A stretch of DNA of 61,759 bases, the filler included, from Sphacelaria rigidula (Eukaryota), in the NCBI GenBank assembly GCA_964200075.2. It is 8 parts of 8 records of this genome, joined end to end, with 100 filler letters (N's around TTAATTAATTAA, not from the genome) between each part and the next. Parts side by side here need not be neighbours in the genome. Positions count along the whole stretch, not along the records: positions 30,932 to 38,563 come from CAXNAA020014019.1; positions 38,664 to 46,295 come from CAXNAA020014020.1; positions 46,396 to 54,027 come from CAXNAA020014021.1; 5 more parts are not named here. One strand, given 5' to 3'. Below, one piece after another: positions 35,478 to 48,949 of the stretch. Both the position numbers and the translations under genes were made by a program. How positions within the stretch are numbered: the first letter of the stretch is position 1; each line of letters opens with the position of its first letter. Under the pieces are notes generated by a model. The model saw only the letters and a list, made by a program, of their open reading frames with translations. It was not told where the DNA came from and did not search any database.

Positions 35478-36420
35478 TCTGTCAGGGTCATGAGATACGC
35501 GTCCGTGTGGGTACCCTTTCCCACATCATACGAGTTCACTAGCGAAGAAAGTGCATTTGTGCGCCACCGCAAACAAACCATTCTCGAAACGGGCCAAGAT
35601 AGCATCAAGCGTGTCTGAAAGTTCGTCTTCCGTATCCGCGAAAACAAACACATCACCCACCCATAATTTGCATTTCAAGCCGACAAGCAGTTCTGTCATG
35701 ATACCTTGAAAATATGCCGTGGCATTCAACACGCCTTGCGGTACTCGCTTCGGGGTAAACAAGCCTAATGGGGTCGTGATTGTGAAAATCTCCTGCGCCT
35801 CAGCCGCCAACGGCATTTGCCAATAACCTTGGAGGAGGTCCAACTTGCCAAAAAATACGAGCACTCAAGAGATCACGCATGTCCGACTCTTGATTGGGCA
35901 TCACATCCGGCGACTTCTCAACCTGATCATTTACGGTCTTGTAGTCTCTTACCAGGCGAAACGAGTCTTTCTTGGGAACCGCCATTGCTGGACTGGACCA
36001 TACCGCCTGCAGGTTCCGGACTACCAACCCAAGCGCCAAAAGAGCCGCCATGCACGATACCAACCAGCTCGACTTCACCGGATCGTACCGCCGCGGCTTC
36101 GTCTTCACCGCGGATGCCCCGGGTTTCAGCTGAACACGCATAGGCTCGACGCACGCAGGGGGATCACCCCGCAGCGCACGACGAAACGCGTTGACGCGGC
36201 GATGCAAGATGTCGCGCAGGCGTTCCGCTTTGGGGACGCTGAGGCCTTTCGCCACGGCATCCGTCACGCTCTCCTCCAGCGCGACCTTCCGAACGGGCTC
36301 CTCTTCCGCCGGGTCCATGAACATATCCGGGCCGCGCTCTACTAAGCGCTCCTCCGCCGCATCCCGCTCCTCGGTCACCTGCCCCCCAGCCTCCTGACAA
36401 GCACCCACCGACAAGCTCAT
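35478..36420 (-). pseudogene. Gypsy reverse transcriptase
   Basis: WSSPAMAVPKKDSFRLVRDYKTVN; KLDLLQGYWQM; RVPQGVLNATAYFQ; catalytic motif degraded to WVGD. Confidence 0.92.
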
Positions 36421-36983
36421 GGACGACTGCCCAAAAAGGCGGGCATCTTCACGTGCGGACCAGGCAGAGACATCCGCGTCTTGATGGAGTCCTTCAACCG
36501 CTCATACGGATCGACTCCTAGACCCTGTAGCGTCGGCAGCCCCAGAAGAACAACGCCATCCGACCCTGGCATAATCGCAAACGAGATTGGAGGCAACGGC
36601 GCCTGCCCCCAAGTGGTCTTGATGGCTAGCTGCAACGGAACAGTACGCTCCATGACTGAAACATGCTGACCTGACGCGGTGACTGCCTGCCGCGCACCGA
36701 GCGAAAACGGGATGCGCAGCGGCACACCCGGGAGTTGACGCTCCAGTATCTCAACCATCTGCACCGGTAGACTAGTGAAGTGGGCGCCAGAATCCAACAC
36801 AGACGGAACCACAATGTCTCCACGCTGCCGTTTCTTCGGAAGACATAACTCTGCCGGAATGTATCTGTCGGCAAGCTCCACGGGAACTTCTTCCGCTGAT
36901 CTATGCGCCGCTAATCCCACTTGACGCCACGGCTGCACAAGCTGCACAGACGAAGATGCCCCAGCAGTTTCAAACGGCACCAC
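36417..36983 (-). pseudogene. Gypsy aspartic protease
   Basis: VLDSGA active site and downstream VVLLGLPTL motif. Confidence 0.88.
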
Positions 36984-36999
36984 CGGCGGGGACGCCCCC

Positions 37000-38432
37000 C
37001 AGTCAGCAAATCAAGAATTTGGCGACCCTCCGACCAGCGCGTCAACAGGCGTCGCGCCTGGCGCTGCTGCCGGTGTCGCCGCCGGCGCCACCACTGGCAC
37101 CGACGCAGTGTTTGACTCTGTAGAAGTCGGGCCCACCTGCACCACCCGTTGCGGAGCTGCAGCACCTACGGCGGCGCCGGACCCAGAGCCAGGCTCATGC
37201 TGACGCCGCTGCTGCTGCTGCTGCTGCTGCTGCTGCGGCTACTGCTGAGGGCTCGCCTGCGACCCTCCATCGCCGGAGGATTCGCCGCCGCCGCCGCCGC
37301 CGCCACGAGTACCTCGTATTTTGCCCTTGTGAGTGATGCTGCGATAGGGTCAGCACTTTTACGGCCGGAGAGTAGAATTGTTGGGAACCCTTTATCTCAT
37401 CCAAAACACGACTTTCGAAATAGGTGAGAGTACGCCAGGATTTTTCTTCCAACTTGCTAGGGATTTCCCGAATGAATTTGCAAACGGGGATATCCTGACC
37501 CATATTCTTGTGTAGTTCCTAATTTTAGGAACCCCTGAATCAGGCCGGTTTTGGCCCCAACAGTGCAGACCCTATCGCAGCATCACTCTTGTGCTGACGA
37601 TGCTGATGGCGCGCGGCACTGGACTGCCCAGACTCTCGACCGGAAGACGTTGGACAGTCGCGCGCGTAATGGCCGACCTGGCCACAGCGGTGGCAAGTAA
37701 TACTCGCGGTACGACCAGCTGATTTCGAGCCATGGTTGCGCAAAGATTTCGGCGAAGAGGTGGACGACTGGCTGAACACCTCTATTTGCCGCCACGCCTT
37801 GGCTTCGGCCACGACGGTACTCATCACCAGGTACGGGTCGTCCTTCCAGTCTATTTGGTGCTGCAGCTTGACAAACATGGCTTGCTTGAAATTTCCCGGT
37901 GCCAACCCCTCCATCAAAGCCTAGTGATTACTACTGCCGGGCCGGGAATGAACTCACCATCGGGGAAACGATATACTAGTTCTACGTTCGGATTTTCCGT
38001 GAAGTACCTCTTCAAACTGGCCAAGATGGGCTCTACACGCTCCAACATCGTTTCCCCCCGAGTATACATGGCGACAGCTTTCGACACGGCCGCGGACCCT
38101 TGGGTCAGACCTACCTCGGCGCCCGCCGCATGCCCAGCATGCTTTTTGATCGTCGCAACCAATTGCGGCGAGGTGATGGTGCACTCATTATGTTCCAAAC
38201 GAGCGAACACTCTCTGTACATGAGTTGGCAATTGTTGAGCCATAGTCACCACCTCATGCCGCACGGCACCCCCTGCATTTGCGTGCTCCACACGCTTCTT
38301 GTATTCCAAATACCTCGTGTAAAAAGTGCGAGATGCCCTCTCTGAGTACCTGTCCCCATATTGGGGAGGTCGCAACCCTTCCGGCACGACCACGAGTGTC
38401 ACAGTGGACGTACGTCGTGAGCCGGTAGCCAC
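37000..38432 (-). pseudogene. Gypsy gag with CCHC zinc knuckle, interrupted by a MITE
   Basis: CHRCGQVGHYARDC. Frameshift near 37915; G/Q/A-rich tail resumes after the 37331-37588 insertion. Confidence 0.88.
37331..37588. mobile_element. 258-bp MITE inserted in Gypsy gag; GAG...CTC termini, 4-bp duplication TTGT (Sola-like)
   Basis: ttgt|gagtgatgctgcgatagggtc ... gaccctatcgcagcatcactc|ttgt. Removal restores gag frame HRQHK-GKIRGTRGGG. Confidence 0.9.
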
Positions 38433-38492
38433 AGCTGTAGCTGTAACCGGCTACCTGCGAACCTCTGCAGGCCGGCGGACCTTCGCGAATAA

Positions 38493-38563
38493 ACAGTGGG
38501 TCCTAGAAAAAGGGGTTGATACAAAATATGGGGTTGAAGTGGCATTTCTCTTTCGCAGCTGTT
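38493..38563. mobile_element. Terminus of a PIF/Harbinger-like MITE cut by contig end
   Basis: taa|acagtgggtcctagaaaaaggggttgat...aagtggcat is similar to 33073-33130. Confidence 0.65.
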
Positions 38564-38663
38564 NNNNNNNNNNNNNNNNNNNNNNNNNNNNNNNNNNNNN
38601 NNNNNNNTTAATTAATTAANNNNNNNNNNNNNNNNNNNNNNNNNNNNNNNNNNNNNNNNNNNN
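38564..38663. other. Artificial contig linker
   Basis: N44-TTAATTAATTAA-N44. Confidence 0.98.
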
Positions 38664-41600
38664 CCATATTCTCTTGCGTCTAGAATCGTTAGGAGCCCCT
38701 GAACCAGACCAAAATTCGCGAAAAAAGTGCACCCCTACCGTAGTATTGCTCTGCACGTGTACGGTACCGTGAGCTACTGTAAAAAGCAACCAAGCGAATG
38801 AAAAGCAAATGAACCACAAAACAAAACGCAAGACAAACCTACAGCAAGAGGGGGGAAACAGCAACTAGAGGGCAGTACAGACAGTAGATAAGCAAACAAC
38901 TGCTCTACTCTGAAAAGGGAAAACAAGCTAGCAAGCAGATACTCCAAGTGGAACGCCAATTGTTAAAGTGTTAGGCGGGATGCACTCTCTTGTGCAGCCG
39001 GCCAAGTCAGATGCCTGTTGATCTCCTGTCAGGTTTTGTCCGAGATCAGGTACACTACGATAGTTTCACGCAGAAAGCTATACCCACTTGATACAAAAAA
39101 CTCTTGTTCACTCGTATTCGTTATCGCTCCTTTCAATGCTCTCTCAGCTGCTCTCCGGCTATAGAAATGGCTTAACAATCGGCTCTACCCGGTCGAGTAC
39201 CGCGGGAGGCACCGAGTTCATGGGTACGGGTCGTTATGACACTTTGTACGATAGCCCTCCCCACAAAAGTGCATGGTTTTGGGAGGCAACATCCTCACGT
39301 AAATCAAAATGGGAAAAGCCGAGCACAACGAGAAGCTGGGAATTCCCGCGCTTCGGTTCGTTCTAGCCAATGTCACAGTAATGAGACGCTTCATGCAGCC
39401 TGAACCCGAACATCAGGCGCCGTATGGCCATTTTTTTCGTGACACGTTCAGCTGGTTTGGCGGGGGGGGCTATAGTAGGAAGAGTCTTATATAATAATTA
39501 AACTAAAATCATCCGTTTTTTCGTTGTTTTGCATGAATCCCGAACGGATTTAAACCTGGATTTCTGTGTTGATGGACACACGTGCGCTACTCAAGCCCCG
39601 TGTGCCGCAGAGAGGCCAATAACATCGAATTGTTTGGGGTTTTTGTTTTTGTCCAGGTCCGATCTGGGCTCCTTTTCCCTCCGCTAGTTGGCTACAGCCC
39701 AGAACAGTTCAGTATGTCGATGATATGTTCACAGACACCATGTCATCATGAAACGATCTTATACGATATATCCTCGAAGGAGGGCGGTGCTCTGGCACAC
39801 GGGATCACACATGCAAGAGGAATGCATGTTTGCGTTAGCTGTCTGATGTCCCGTGTGCAGGAGTATTTGGTCGTATTCGCCATTGCATCTCCAAACAATT
39901 TCTGTCGCGGTACCAACCGTATCTTTACCGCAAGATACGCCAACCCTGGCCAGGCGGTCGGTATCGCATGAGTGCTGTCTGTACGGCACCGCTCAACACG
40001 AGCCATCCGGAACAAAAGCACGACGGCCAACATTAGAGAGCTACGGTAGCAGCATTGATGTCAATGTAATCCTTTTCTGGGATTATGTAATCAGGGAACA
40101 TAAAACAACGCTCAGCGACAACGATAGCACCGCCTCATCTCATGCCCCGTATCCAAAGCCGTGCAGGGAGGGTACAGGAGGCGAAAGCTAGCTAAGCGAA
40201 TAAATGGAGACTGCAACGCCGACCCCCGCCACCGCAACGATGCCGTAGGCACGACGACGCTCATAGCGAACGTTGGGTACACCAACCCGTATACAAAAAG
40301 ACAAATCACCTCTTGTGGGGCCGTTGGTGTCCTGAATACCAGCTTTCCGCAGCACAGTACAGTCCTGTACTATGGCTGCGGTGGCTGGAGTGGCTGCGGG
40401 GACCAGAAGGCCCGTGATGACGACTGTGACGGAGTCTACACTAAAATCAAGTTTGCGTTATATAATGCGTTATATAATGTAGAGGGACTGGTAATAATTT
40501 AAATTAAATTACTTGAAATTAATGAATGCGTTATATAATTCGGCCCATACCCATGGGCCCGCCGCCCCGCGAAAGGGCTCAAGAACCCATGCCTGTACCG
40601 TTTTTCAGTCTCACATCCTACCTAGTCAAGCTTGATCAGACCCGCAACTGTAGAATCCCAGATTTAATGCTAGACGCCTGCTAGCTTCATGACAAGGGGC
40701 GGAAGTTGACCATACAGGGTCCACGGTGTGGATATGTGATGGAGACGAGGAGGTTACGTCGAAGTAAGGCTCATCGACGCAATTGACAGAACCGTCTGTC
40801 CGGGGCGTCGAGTTGGGCGTCGAGGGTTCAGTGACACATGTCTCAAGTGGATTGTGTCACAAGGTAAATGATGACCCTGTAGAGAAGACTGTGATGTGAT
40901 CAACTGCGGGTCCTGACACCTTAACCTGCTCGAGGATTACACACTAAAACATGGGATAGGCGACGGCCTGTGATCCCAATCCGCTTCAGAAGAAAAGCAA
41001 GCCCCAAACGATCTCTGAGGGCACTATTCGCCACTTGATAATGAGGTGCACTCCACCATTGCCGACCACTGAATACGACACCGTCTACCCTTTACCAAGG
41101 AATAACCCACATGCTGAATGCCGTGCGTACGTGCCCGGTCGCTCCACTACGTCGAACTCGTCACAGGCAACTTACTGCATCATCACTGTAGCCGTTGTAA
41201 GCTGTGATATAGGGTCCTAGGATGCCTTGCGTACACAATGGAACCCATCTAGAGGCTACCTTGCACTGCCTAGCTTATGCATACTTTGCTTGTGCGACAT
41301 GGTGCCCAATTCGAGAGAGCAGGAGAGGGAGCGAAGGCACGCACTCAATCTCGAGCTTGCAGGATGAAATGAAGACCTCAGTTCGGTCCACAGAGTGGCG
41401 AATGTTTTACGTACTGTCTGTTACAACCCCTCTACCGTCATGGTGTGCAAGCGGTTGCGCCCCGAGTCAAGTGAACAATTCGCTGCCTCAACCCGTCTTT
41501 CATATATATGTGGTAGTCGCCATTACGCTGTAATACATCAATACTCTCGACGGCAAACTCGGCGCGAGGTGCGCTGGAAACGTGCGTGAGCAATCGTGGT

Positions 41601-44192
41601 TGCACGCCCTGCTCGCAGTTTTTGAGGCGGCATCAAAGCTCTGCCGAAACGAGGTGAAACATTTCCCACATGGGTGCAGCTGTCTGTGCGCTAGTTCAGT
41701 TACTGTGATAGCAAAGACGCGCAAGGTATTACAGGGTGAGGCAAACAAATTAACCCAGCATGAAGCTGCGGCCTCGGTGATAAATGGTAACAGCGGTCTG
41801 CCGCGCAGCAGCACAAGGTGCAACCCACTGCCAGGCTTTTTGCGTGTTACCGCCTGAGCTATTTTCCCGGTAGGGTCCGCAAAGTTTCTGTTGCCGGGGT
41901 GGCTCCCAGGTCTATTTTTTGTTGTATTTGTCCGCTTGTACAGTGCTCACACCATTCATGATTCAGGCCGCGCAGCTGAGCACGTCACCTCAGCAAACAT
42001 GGGCACACAATGGACCTTGCCAACGGCGGCGGGGTCACCTTTCCTAACCCTCCTGTTTATTCAGCATCAACATCGCCGGGCTGGTACCTGTGCTGTGCAC
42101 GAATCAGGTTCTACTGCCACAATCAGTTGTCTCCCCGCACACAAACGCTCATATAAGCCTTCTTACTAATCGATACAAGTAATCGGTACACTGTACTACT
42201 AAGTCGATGAGCCGGCAGTGCATCTCAAGAAACATCGAGCTGAGGTAAGCAATGGTGACTGATAATTACCCACGGCTTTGAGCTCTCACACGACTGGCAA
42301 GTCCAAGATGTGTGGTGCAACTATAGACTACACGCATAATAAAGGGCAGTATCATGAGAACTGCCCGTGCACAGTAGATTTTGGGACACCGTTCGGAGGA
42401 CTTGAAAACTAGAACACTACATAGGTACATGCAAATCAACTGGTTACGCGCGCGGACTGAACATCGCGGATGTGCGTGTTTTTGTGTGCGAGTTAATGAA
42501 CACTTTTCCAGGCAGCGGCGGCGATCAGCATTCACATAAAACGAGGCTCAATACGAACCTCATGTATAATGTATGTATGCTATCCACGTGGTGCACACTA
42601 GACGAATCCATCAACATGAAATATTAACCCACATGTCAAGATACACCTCACATGCAATGCATAAAATAAAAGTAGTCGCCGCCGCCATCGGAAAAATTGG
42701 TCATAACTCCGACAAAGATAACGGTATATCCGCTTCTACTCTCCCACAAGCGACCCACACGGCGTATTCTTTTCCCCAACCTCCACGTACCGGAGGTTCC
42801 TTCTTTTCAGGCTATAACCGCATAATTATCTATTACAAGTATGAGTCCCCACATAGCTCATACGACAAATACGTAACGGGCACAACGATCGACTTGACTC
42901 ACATCCAGTGCAACGCGTATTCTTCCGTGCACAATATTGCCCGAACAGTGATACAAGATACATTGATTGCTTGCAAGACTAATCGGAACTGATGAAGTTT
43001 ATTTTTATGCGAGACATGAGCTCAGTTCTTCTTTTTTTCTTCTCCTTTCTTCTTTTTCTTCCCATCTTGGACATAAACGATAATGCAACGACATGCACCT
43101 AGATCATGATTCTCCTCTAATTCGGGATGTAACTCTCTCTCAATAAAAGACACACAATGCTCACTCATTCCATCGACAACAACCATGAAACGCCGGTCAA
43201 TTTTAACAGCTAACGACTAATGCCGAGATAGCCCCCCCACAAGAAGGGCACCGGGGATCGTCCGCCAAATAGGCTGCGATCCCACTATTGAGGTCATTTG
43301 CGGCAATTTCGTCCACATGAGAGGCGCTTAGCAGTTCGAAATCAGCTATAATGCCCAAATGATTCGCGTCGTGTAGCACGAAACCAGCTCTAACGGCATT
43401 TATGATCATCGCCTCCGTGCACGTTTTAGGCCGGTTCGGGGGGGGATATCTCGGCAGCAGTCTAACATGACAACAATCTGCGTCGGCAACGCGATCAACA
43501 GTCTACAGATACCGATAGATCCCAACAACAAACAAAAACCAAAAAAGAGAGAAAAGGAAATGGCTCATGTTCCGCACAAAATAAATCATTATTCAGGATC
43601 GTTTGCCGCAAGCAATCCTCACGCAGCGTTTCATTTTGTTTTTGGGGGGGCATTTTGTTTTAGCCTCACTCTTGATTTCTGCCTTCATTTTGTTGTACGT
43701 CGATACACGGCCGACTCAGACACAGACTATACATGACCGGCTGAGTAAGCACCGACTTCAGTGGAAATGTTACTCGTTTTTTTTCCAGTTTTTGTTTTCG
43801 TGGAATATCTGAACCGTTGGCATCATAATAGGTCGCTTACCAGCGCTGAATAGAACTGGTATACGCTTGTTTAATACGGGATATGAGCTCATTCTTTTCT
43901 TCTTCTTTTTTGTCATGAAAGCGGCGATAAAACATCTATTCATATACAGAACTGACATGTGCTTTACTCACAATATACACTACATGATGCATGATTATCC
44001 CACCATCACCCATGACACGTCGAACAACGCACAATGTCTACTCACATGTGAAAATATGCCCTGCAAGCAACGCGATTAATATACTACACCGCCGCCGCAA
44101 CAAGAACAAAAAGGAAGAAGGATTGGCTCATTTTCCGCATTACAAAATCGACATATCCAGGTCTACTCGCCTGCGGGTAACTTTCATACATG

Positions 44193-44194
<2 letters not shown>

Positions 44195-44224
<30 letters not shown>
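44195..44224. repeat. (TA)n microsatellite
   Basis: Direct reading. Confidence 0.95.
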
Positions 44225-44227
<3 letters not shown>

Positions 44228-44352
44228 CATGCAGCTGAGGAAATCCGTGCACAAGCGAAGCATCCACAGGTCTATCCCCTACCGGGTAAACCTTGGTCCG
44301 AGTTGGGGCGTCAAATGCCAGGTACAAAGGTGGATAACTCGATCAGCTCCCA

Positions 44353-45634
44353 CACACGTGGACAAATAGCACCCTCTAGGACGAGCTGCACAGGGTTCTC
44401 CACAGTCTTTGTGAAAACTCCTGTGCAGCATTTGCAAACCCTAGTACCTGTAACAGCATTTTGCATAGCGTTTTTGTCGAAACCCTGCAAGCAACCCTGT
44501 GGAGAGGCCTTCCCAATTTGGAAAATTCCAAATTATTTTGGTACAAAATCTGTATTTCCTTTTTTTAATAGTTTCTCCTGCTGTCCGAGATGAGATTTGT
44601 TTTGCCCGATTCAAATCGGGCAAAAAATAATTTATCTCGGACAGCAGGAGAAACTATTCAAACAGACAATTTTTTCGCCCAATTTATTTGGGCAAAAAAA
44701 GGATCTATTACGAACAGCTCTTCTGCTGCGCAAATCCCATGCAAACTCGCAGATTTGGAATTTGATAGCAGAAGAAGCTCGAAATAAATCTTTACTTTGC
44801 CCTTCATTTCATCCGGAGATCGGGGGAAAAGATATTTATTGCGAACAGCGTCAGCTGGGCATATCCCGCATACTGCACCGTTATCAGCATATGGGATCCG
44901 ACACGCAGAACAAATGGTTGAAAGTAATTCATCCTTTTGCCCCCCGATCCATGCACATGGGCTCAAGGATGAATTATTGTCAACAGCTTTTGCTGACTGG
45001 AGATCCGACACACTGATTACGATCGAGTGTATGTCCACACGCCTACGAGTTGAGATACTGAGCTCCCACTCAAGACGTGGATACTCAGATGGTGAAGTAC
45101 ACTTCGCATATCAGTCCACATTGATTTTGAAAACCCCGTGGTCCACAGTCTACCATCATCACTCAACAGGGTATGCTTTTGTTTAGAGAGTTATTCGTTT
45201 GATAGTTATTAGAAATAGAAATAATCACACCTTACTCATCAACTCAGGTGGCTCAATGGGCAGCCTGACATACTTCCGTGCACGGAAACGTTTGATGACT
45301 TCTCACCCCTGCCACTTCTCGACCGTTTTTCTCTGCTAGTATCATGCCCATGCTATATAGAGTATATTGTATGCGTGCTATAGAGGCTGCACAGCATATT
45401 GATAGCGATGAATTCTACACGGAGTGACGGAACCCTGTGAAGCACCCTGTGTGGCACAAAATACTGCCCTACACTCAAATCCCTGCGAGAAACCCTGCAC
45501 AGTTTCCCTGAGCCCTGTGAAGCGTCCTGTGGGGCGCAAAAAAAAAAACTACAGCCAGATCCCCGCGAGAAACACTGCACAGTTTCCCTGAACACTGTAG
45601 ACGTGCCCCACAGGGTGCTATTTTTCCACGTGTG
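44353..45634. mobile_element. Non-autonomous TIR element (1282 bp), CAC termini, 2-bp duplication CA (CACTA/EnSpm-like)
   Basis: ca|cacacgtggacaaatagcaccct ... agggtgctatttttccacgtgtg|ca. Subterminal accctgtg/accctgca repeats at both ends; internal hairpin 44565-44660. Confidence 0.8.
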
Positions 45635-46231
45635 CACCCATCCATGTATCGGAATAACATTTTTTTCTCCATTATTTTTTCTTTTGTGGTAACGTCCCAG
45701 AGCCCTTGTCTGAGTACCGCGAACTATACTGTTGTCAGTACCGCACCACAAAACGATTTTACATACAACCTTGAGCGCAACACGATACATGCAGCGAGAC
45801 ACCCGGGACTCCGTTCAGCAACACAGGTAATGTCATCCAGTTTAGGTACAAGCCGAGACTAGGAACAGAACCGGGAGGATATCGTAGCAACATGTACCAT
45901 CCGCAATCCCTAGTGCCAAGATTTTTCATCCATTTAAAAAATAAAAAGGGGGCGATGAAAAACAGTTTCCCACTGTTGCATCTCATGCAACAATAGCTTT
46001 ACCATCACGAGCACTAAACCTCTGGGGAAGCGCACATGTGATGACCACAATACATGCTGAATTGCCACTCATCCGCAATGCTCTTGGGCTTTTTCCTGCG
46101 ACGACCCCTGCATCCGGCTTCACACTTTACCGACGCTATCGCTGCCCGTATAACACAGAGTTCCATCCTCACGGTGGCAGTTTATCTTTTGGGAACTGTG
46201 ACATTGTACTTTGTGCTCAACCATGCTAACT

Positions 46232-46295
46232 ATAAACAGCCGATCATCTATGTTGAGGATGGTGCTTTTCATTGAGGATGAGAACCCGGAGGATT
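46232..46295. mobile_element. Terminus of the palindromic foldback element family, cut by contig end
   Basis: aacagccgatcatc..ttgaggatggtgcttttcattgaggatgagaacccggaggatt matches 56366-56428. Confidence 0.85.
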
Positions 46296-46395
46296 NNNNN
46301 NNNNNNNNNNNNNNNNNNNNNNNNNNNNNNNNNNNNNNNTTAATTAATTAANNNNNNNNNNNNNNNNNNNNNNNNNNNNNNNNNNNNNNNNNNNN
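46296..46395. other. Artificial contig linker
   Basis: N44-TTAATTAATTAA-N44. Confidence 0.98.
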
Positions 46396-46509
46396 CTCCA
46401 CAGGTTACTTCTTCCGAATAAGAGCTTGTCCTCGGTACTTCTGCTACAAACAGGTCGCAAGTCGGGTTGCTCACTTGAGCCTCATCTCAGAGTTACACCT
46501 CAATTCGCA

Positions 46510-46985
46510 CAATTTGCTGGTAAAACTCGTCCGTGCCTCGTAAACAAGTTAATCGAGAGAGGCTTTGTCAAAGTATGGGTATGCTGCCACCCGGAACCTA
46601 CATGCACAACACTGATTGTTCACGTCCCCACCAGCCCTCGGATGAAGTGATACCTTACGTCGATATGCCTACTCCTTTCGGAACGGAGGGGATTTTCGGC
46701 CAATGCTTTCGCTTTCTCGTTGTCCTCGTAAAAAACAATACTGTGGTTTTCCCGCATCCCATCAGAGTCTGAGGTCGCAGGAACGTCAAAACTGCCTTCA
46801 CAGTTCCTCCTTTGCCCCCTCGGCCATTGCGACATACTCTGCCTCTGTGGTTGACGAAGTCGCACAGCGTTGCGTGCTGTTCGTTGCCGACACTACCACA
46901 CCATCGTACATCACAGCTACCCCTCAGACCGAACGTCTATCCGTTTCCCTTTCGGCGAAGTCTGCGTCGCAGTAAACCGATAGCA
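46510..46985 (-). pseudogene. Copia RNase H
   Basis: VYCDADFA...DRRSV*G; YEDNEKAKALAENP...RSRHIDVRYHFIR; LTKPL. Confidence 0.92.
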
Positions 46986-46987
46986 TG

Positions 46988-48157
46988 TCATGATCTCTGT
47001 TGAACGTTAAGTCCAAACTCCGTTGTCTCATTTATATACTTCAGCACTTTCACCACAGCTTCCCAGTGCCTCTCGCACGGATAAGGTAATTGGCGAGCGA
47101 GCGCTCGTGCTGAATTCGCCATGTCAAATCTAGTGACTGTTGCGAGCCACATCAGCCCCCCCAATGCGTTACGGTATGGGCGATTCACCACTGTGTCTTC
47201 ACCCGTTGTCGGCCCCAACTTTACAGAAACAGAGGCAGAGATTTCCTTGTACCCCCTCACCTCAAAACGCTTTAGGAGCGTGTCCGTGAACGTGGTTTGC
47301 GTCACCGACAGCGTGCCTCTTTTCCAGTCTCTATCCACTGCACACCCCACGTAGCATGTGGCCTCTCCGAGATTGTCCGTGGGGAACTTTTTGTTCAGGA
47401 TCTTGCCAACCTTTCCCACATTTTCCTCAGTACCACTGATCAGAATGTCATCCACATGGACAACTAAAATCACATGCAACTCTTCTGCATCCTCCATCCT
47501 GAAAACACAAGGGTCAGCCTCACACGGCACCATCCCGACATCCTCCAGTAAAGTTTGGCACAGAAGACGAGACTACTGCCTATCGGCTTGCTTGATCCCG
47601 TGAATAGATTTTTCCAGCTGAACGATCATGTCTGTCAAAACGGAGCAACCTTCAGGCAACCTCATGTACACTTCAGTGTCCATCTTTGCTTGAATAAAAG
47701 CCTGTGTGACATCGAAATGATACAGCGGCCACTCTTCCTGAACTGCCACTGCCATGACCAGTTCGATGGAGGCCATGAAGGGCGTTGCCGCGAAAGTCTC
47801 GAAATAGTCGACTGCAGAACGTTGTCCGAATCCTTCTGCTACCAACCTTGCCTTTGCCTTTGTTATAGTACCATCTGCATCAGTTTTCCAACTAAAATCC
47901 CACTTCGCCGGAATCACGTTTACTCCTTCCGGTACAGGGCCAGTCGAGAATGTTCCAGCATTTTCATGACCTCCTAGTTCGACCTGCATCGCGCCTAACC
48001 ATGCCTCTCGAAACTCTAATTTTGCCGTGTCATCTACACTGATGGGTGCTGCCTCTATTTCGCTGACATGTAGCCCAACCGGTGAACGCAAACCGAATTC
48101 AGGCCGCCCTACTCTGATTTCCTCAGCAACAAAACAAAACAACTCGTTTTCGGCCAC
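46988..48157 (-). pseudogene. Copia reverse transcriptase
   Basis: KAKARLVAEGFGQ..VDYFETFA; HFDVTQAFIQ; LEKSIHGIKQA; DPCVF; VVHVDDILI; YRNALGGLMWLA. Confidence 0.95.
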
Positions 48158-48949
48158 CTCGTTTTGGATCGAGGCGATTGCGTCTTGTCCCGGCGGTGAT
48201 CAAGTCCACGCTTGAGCATTTGTCGTCGGCCATTCCCGCCAGCACATCTCCGCTTCCTTTCTGCTCTCCTCCGCTCCGCTAGCCATCAGTGTTTCGCTTC
48301 GTGTGTGTGCCGACCCCATGGCCTCGCGCGTTTGGCTCCTCGAACGTCCCGCCCTTGGTGTCGGCAACTCGTCGGCCCACGTAAGACGGCGTTGCTCGGT
48401 CCTCGGTAGTTGAGGAGCGTCGCCGCCCCCCCCGCCGTCTTGCGAGGGACCCGTGGAAGAGGGTGACAGTGCGGGCGACGAGGGAGTGTTCGATGCCGAT
48501 GTGAGCATCGGCGTTGGTGTCGGCGTCGGTTTAGGTGTCGGCGTCTGTGCTGGTGCCAGCGTTGGCGCTGATGTTGGCGTTGATGATGATTCCAGCTCCC
48601 CCTCACCCCCTCCTGAGTACACCCCCCTCACCCCCTCCGTTGACAAAATCTGAAACGGGGATATCTGATATCACCCCGCCTTCCCCCCCCCCCTCGTGGG
48701 GACGGTGAAGGCACTTCGCCCCCTCCACTACTGACTGGGATTAGCGGTGCTGCTCCGCCCCTCCCACCATCGGAATTCGGCGGGGAGGACGGTGCGCTTG
48801 AGGAACCGCTGGACGAAGTGTCCACTGTCAAGCTTTCCATCCTTTCCTCGCTCACTCCCTGGCCTTGAATGACGTTGGAATCCTTCGGCTCGCCCGGCGT
48901 CTCGATCGCTTGCTGTAGTGTGCTGGGGGGGGCGGCGGACGTACTTGCC

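Larger units (their letters stand above)
33367..38432 (-). mobile_element. Ty3/Gypsy LTR retrotransposon internal region, degenerate (frameshifts and stops); LTRs not identified
   Basis: Order gag - protease - RT - RNase H - integrase on the minus strand. Confidence 0.95.

Noticed and set aside
33073..38563. Similar segments at 33073-33130 and 38493-38550 as Gypsy LTRs
   Set aside because: Both begin with the TWA-acagtgg terminus of the neighbouring MITE family, lack TG..CA ends, and have no PBS or PPT alongside.
39650..41660. Very degenerate hAT on the plus strand (INCGS*HLNLL; LHALLAVFEAASKL)
   Set aside because: Only short, broken motif resemblances; not enough to call.
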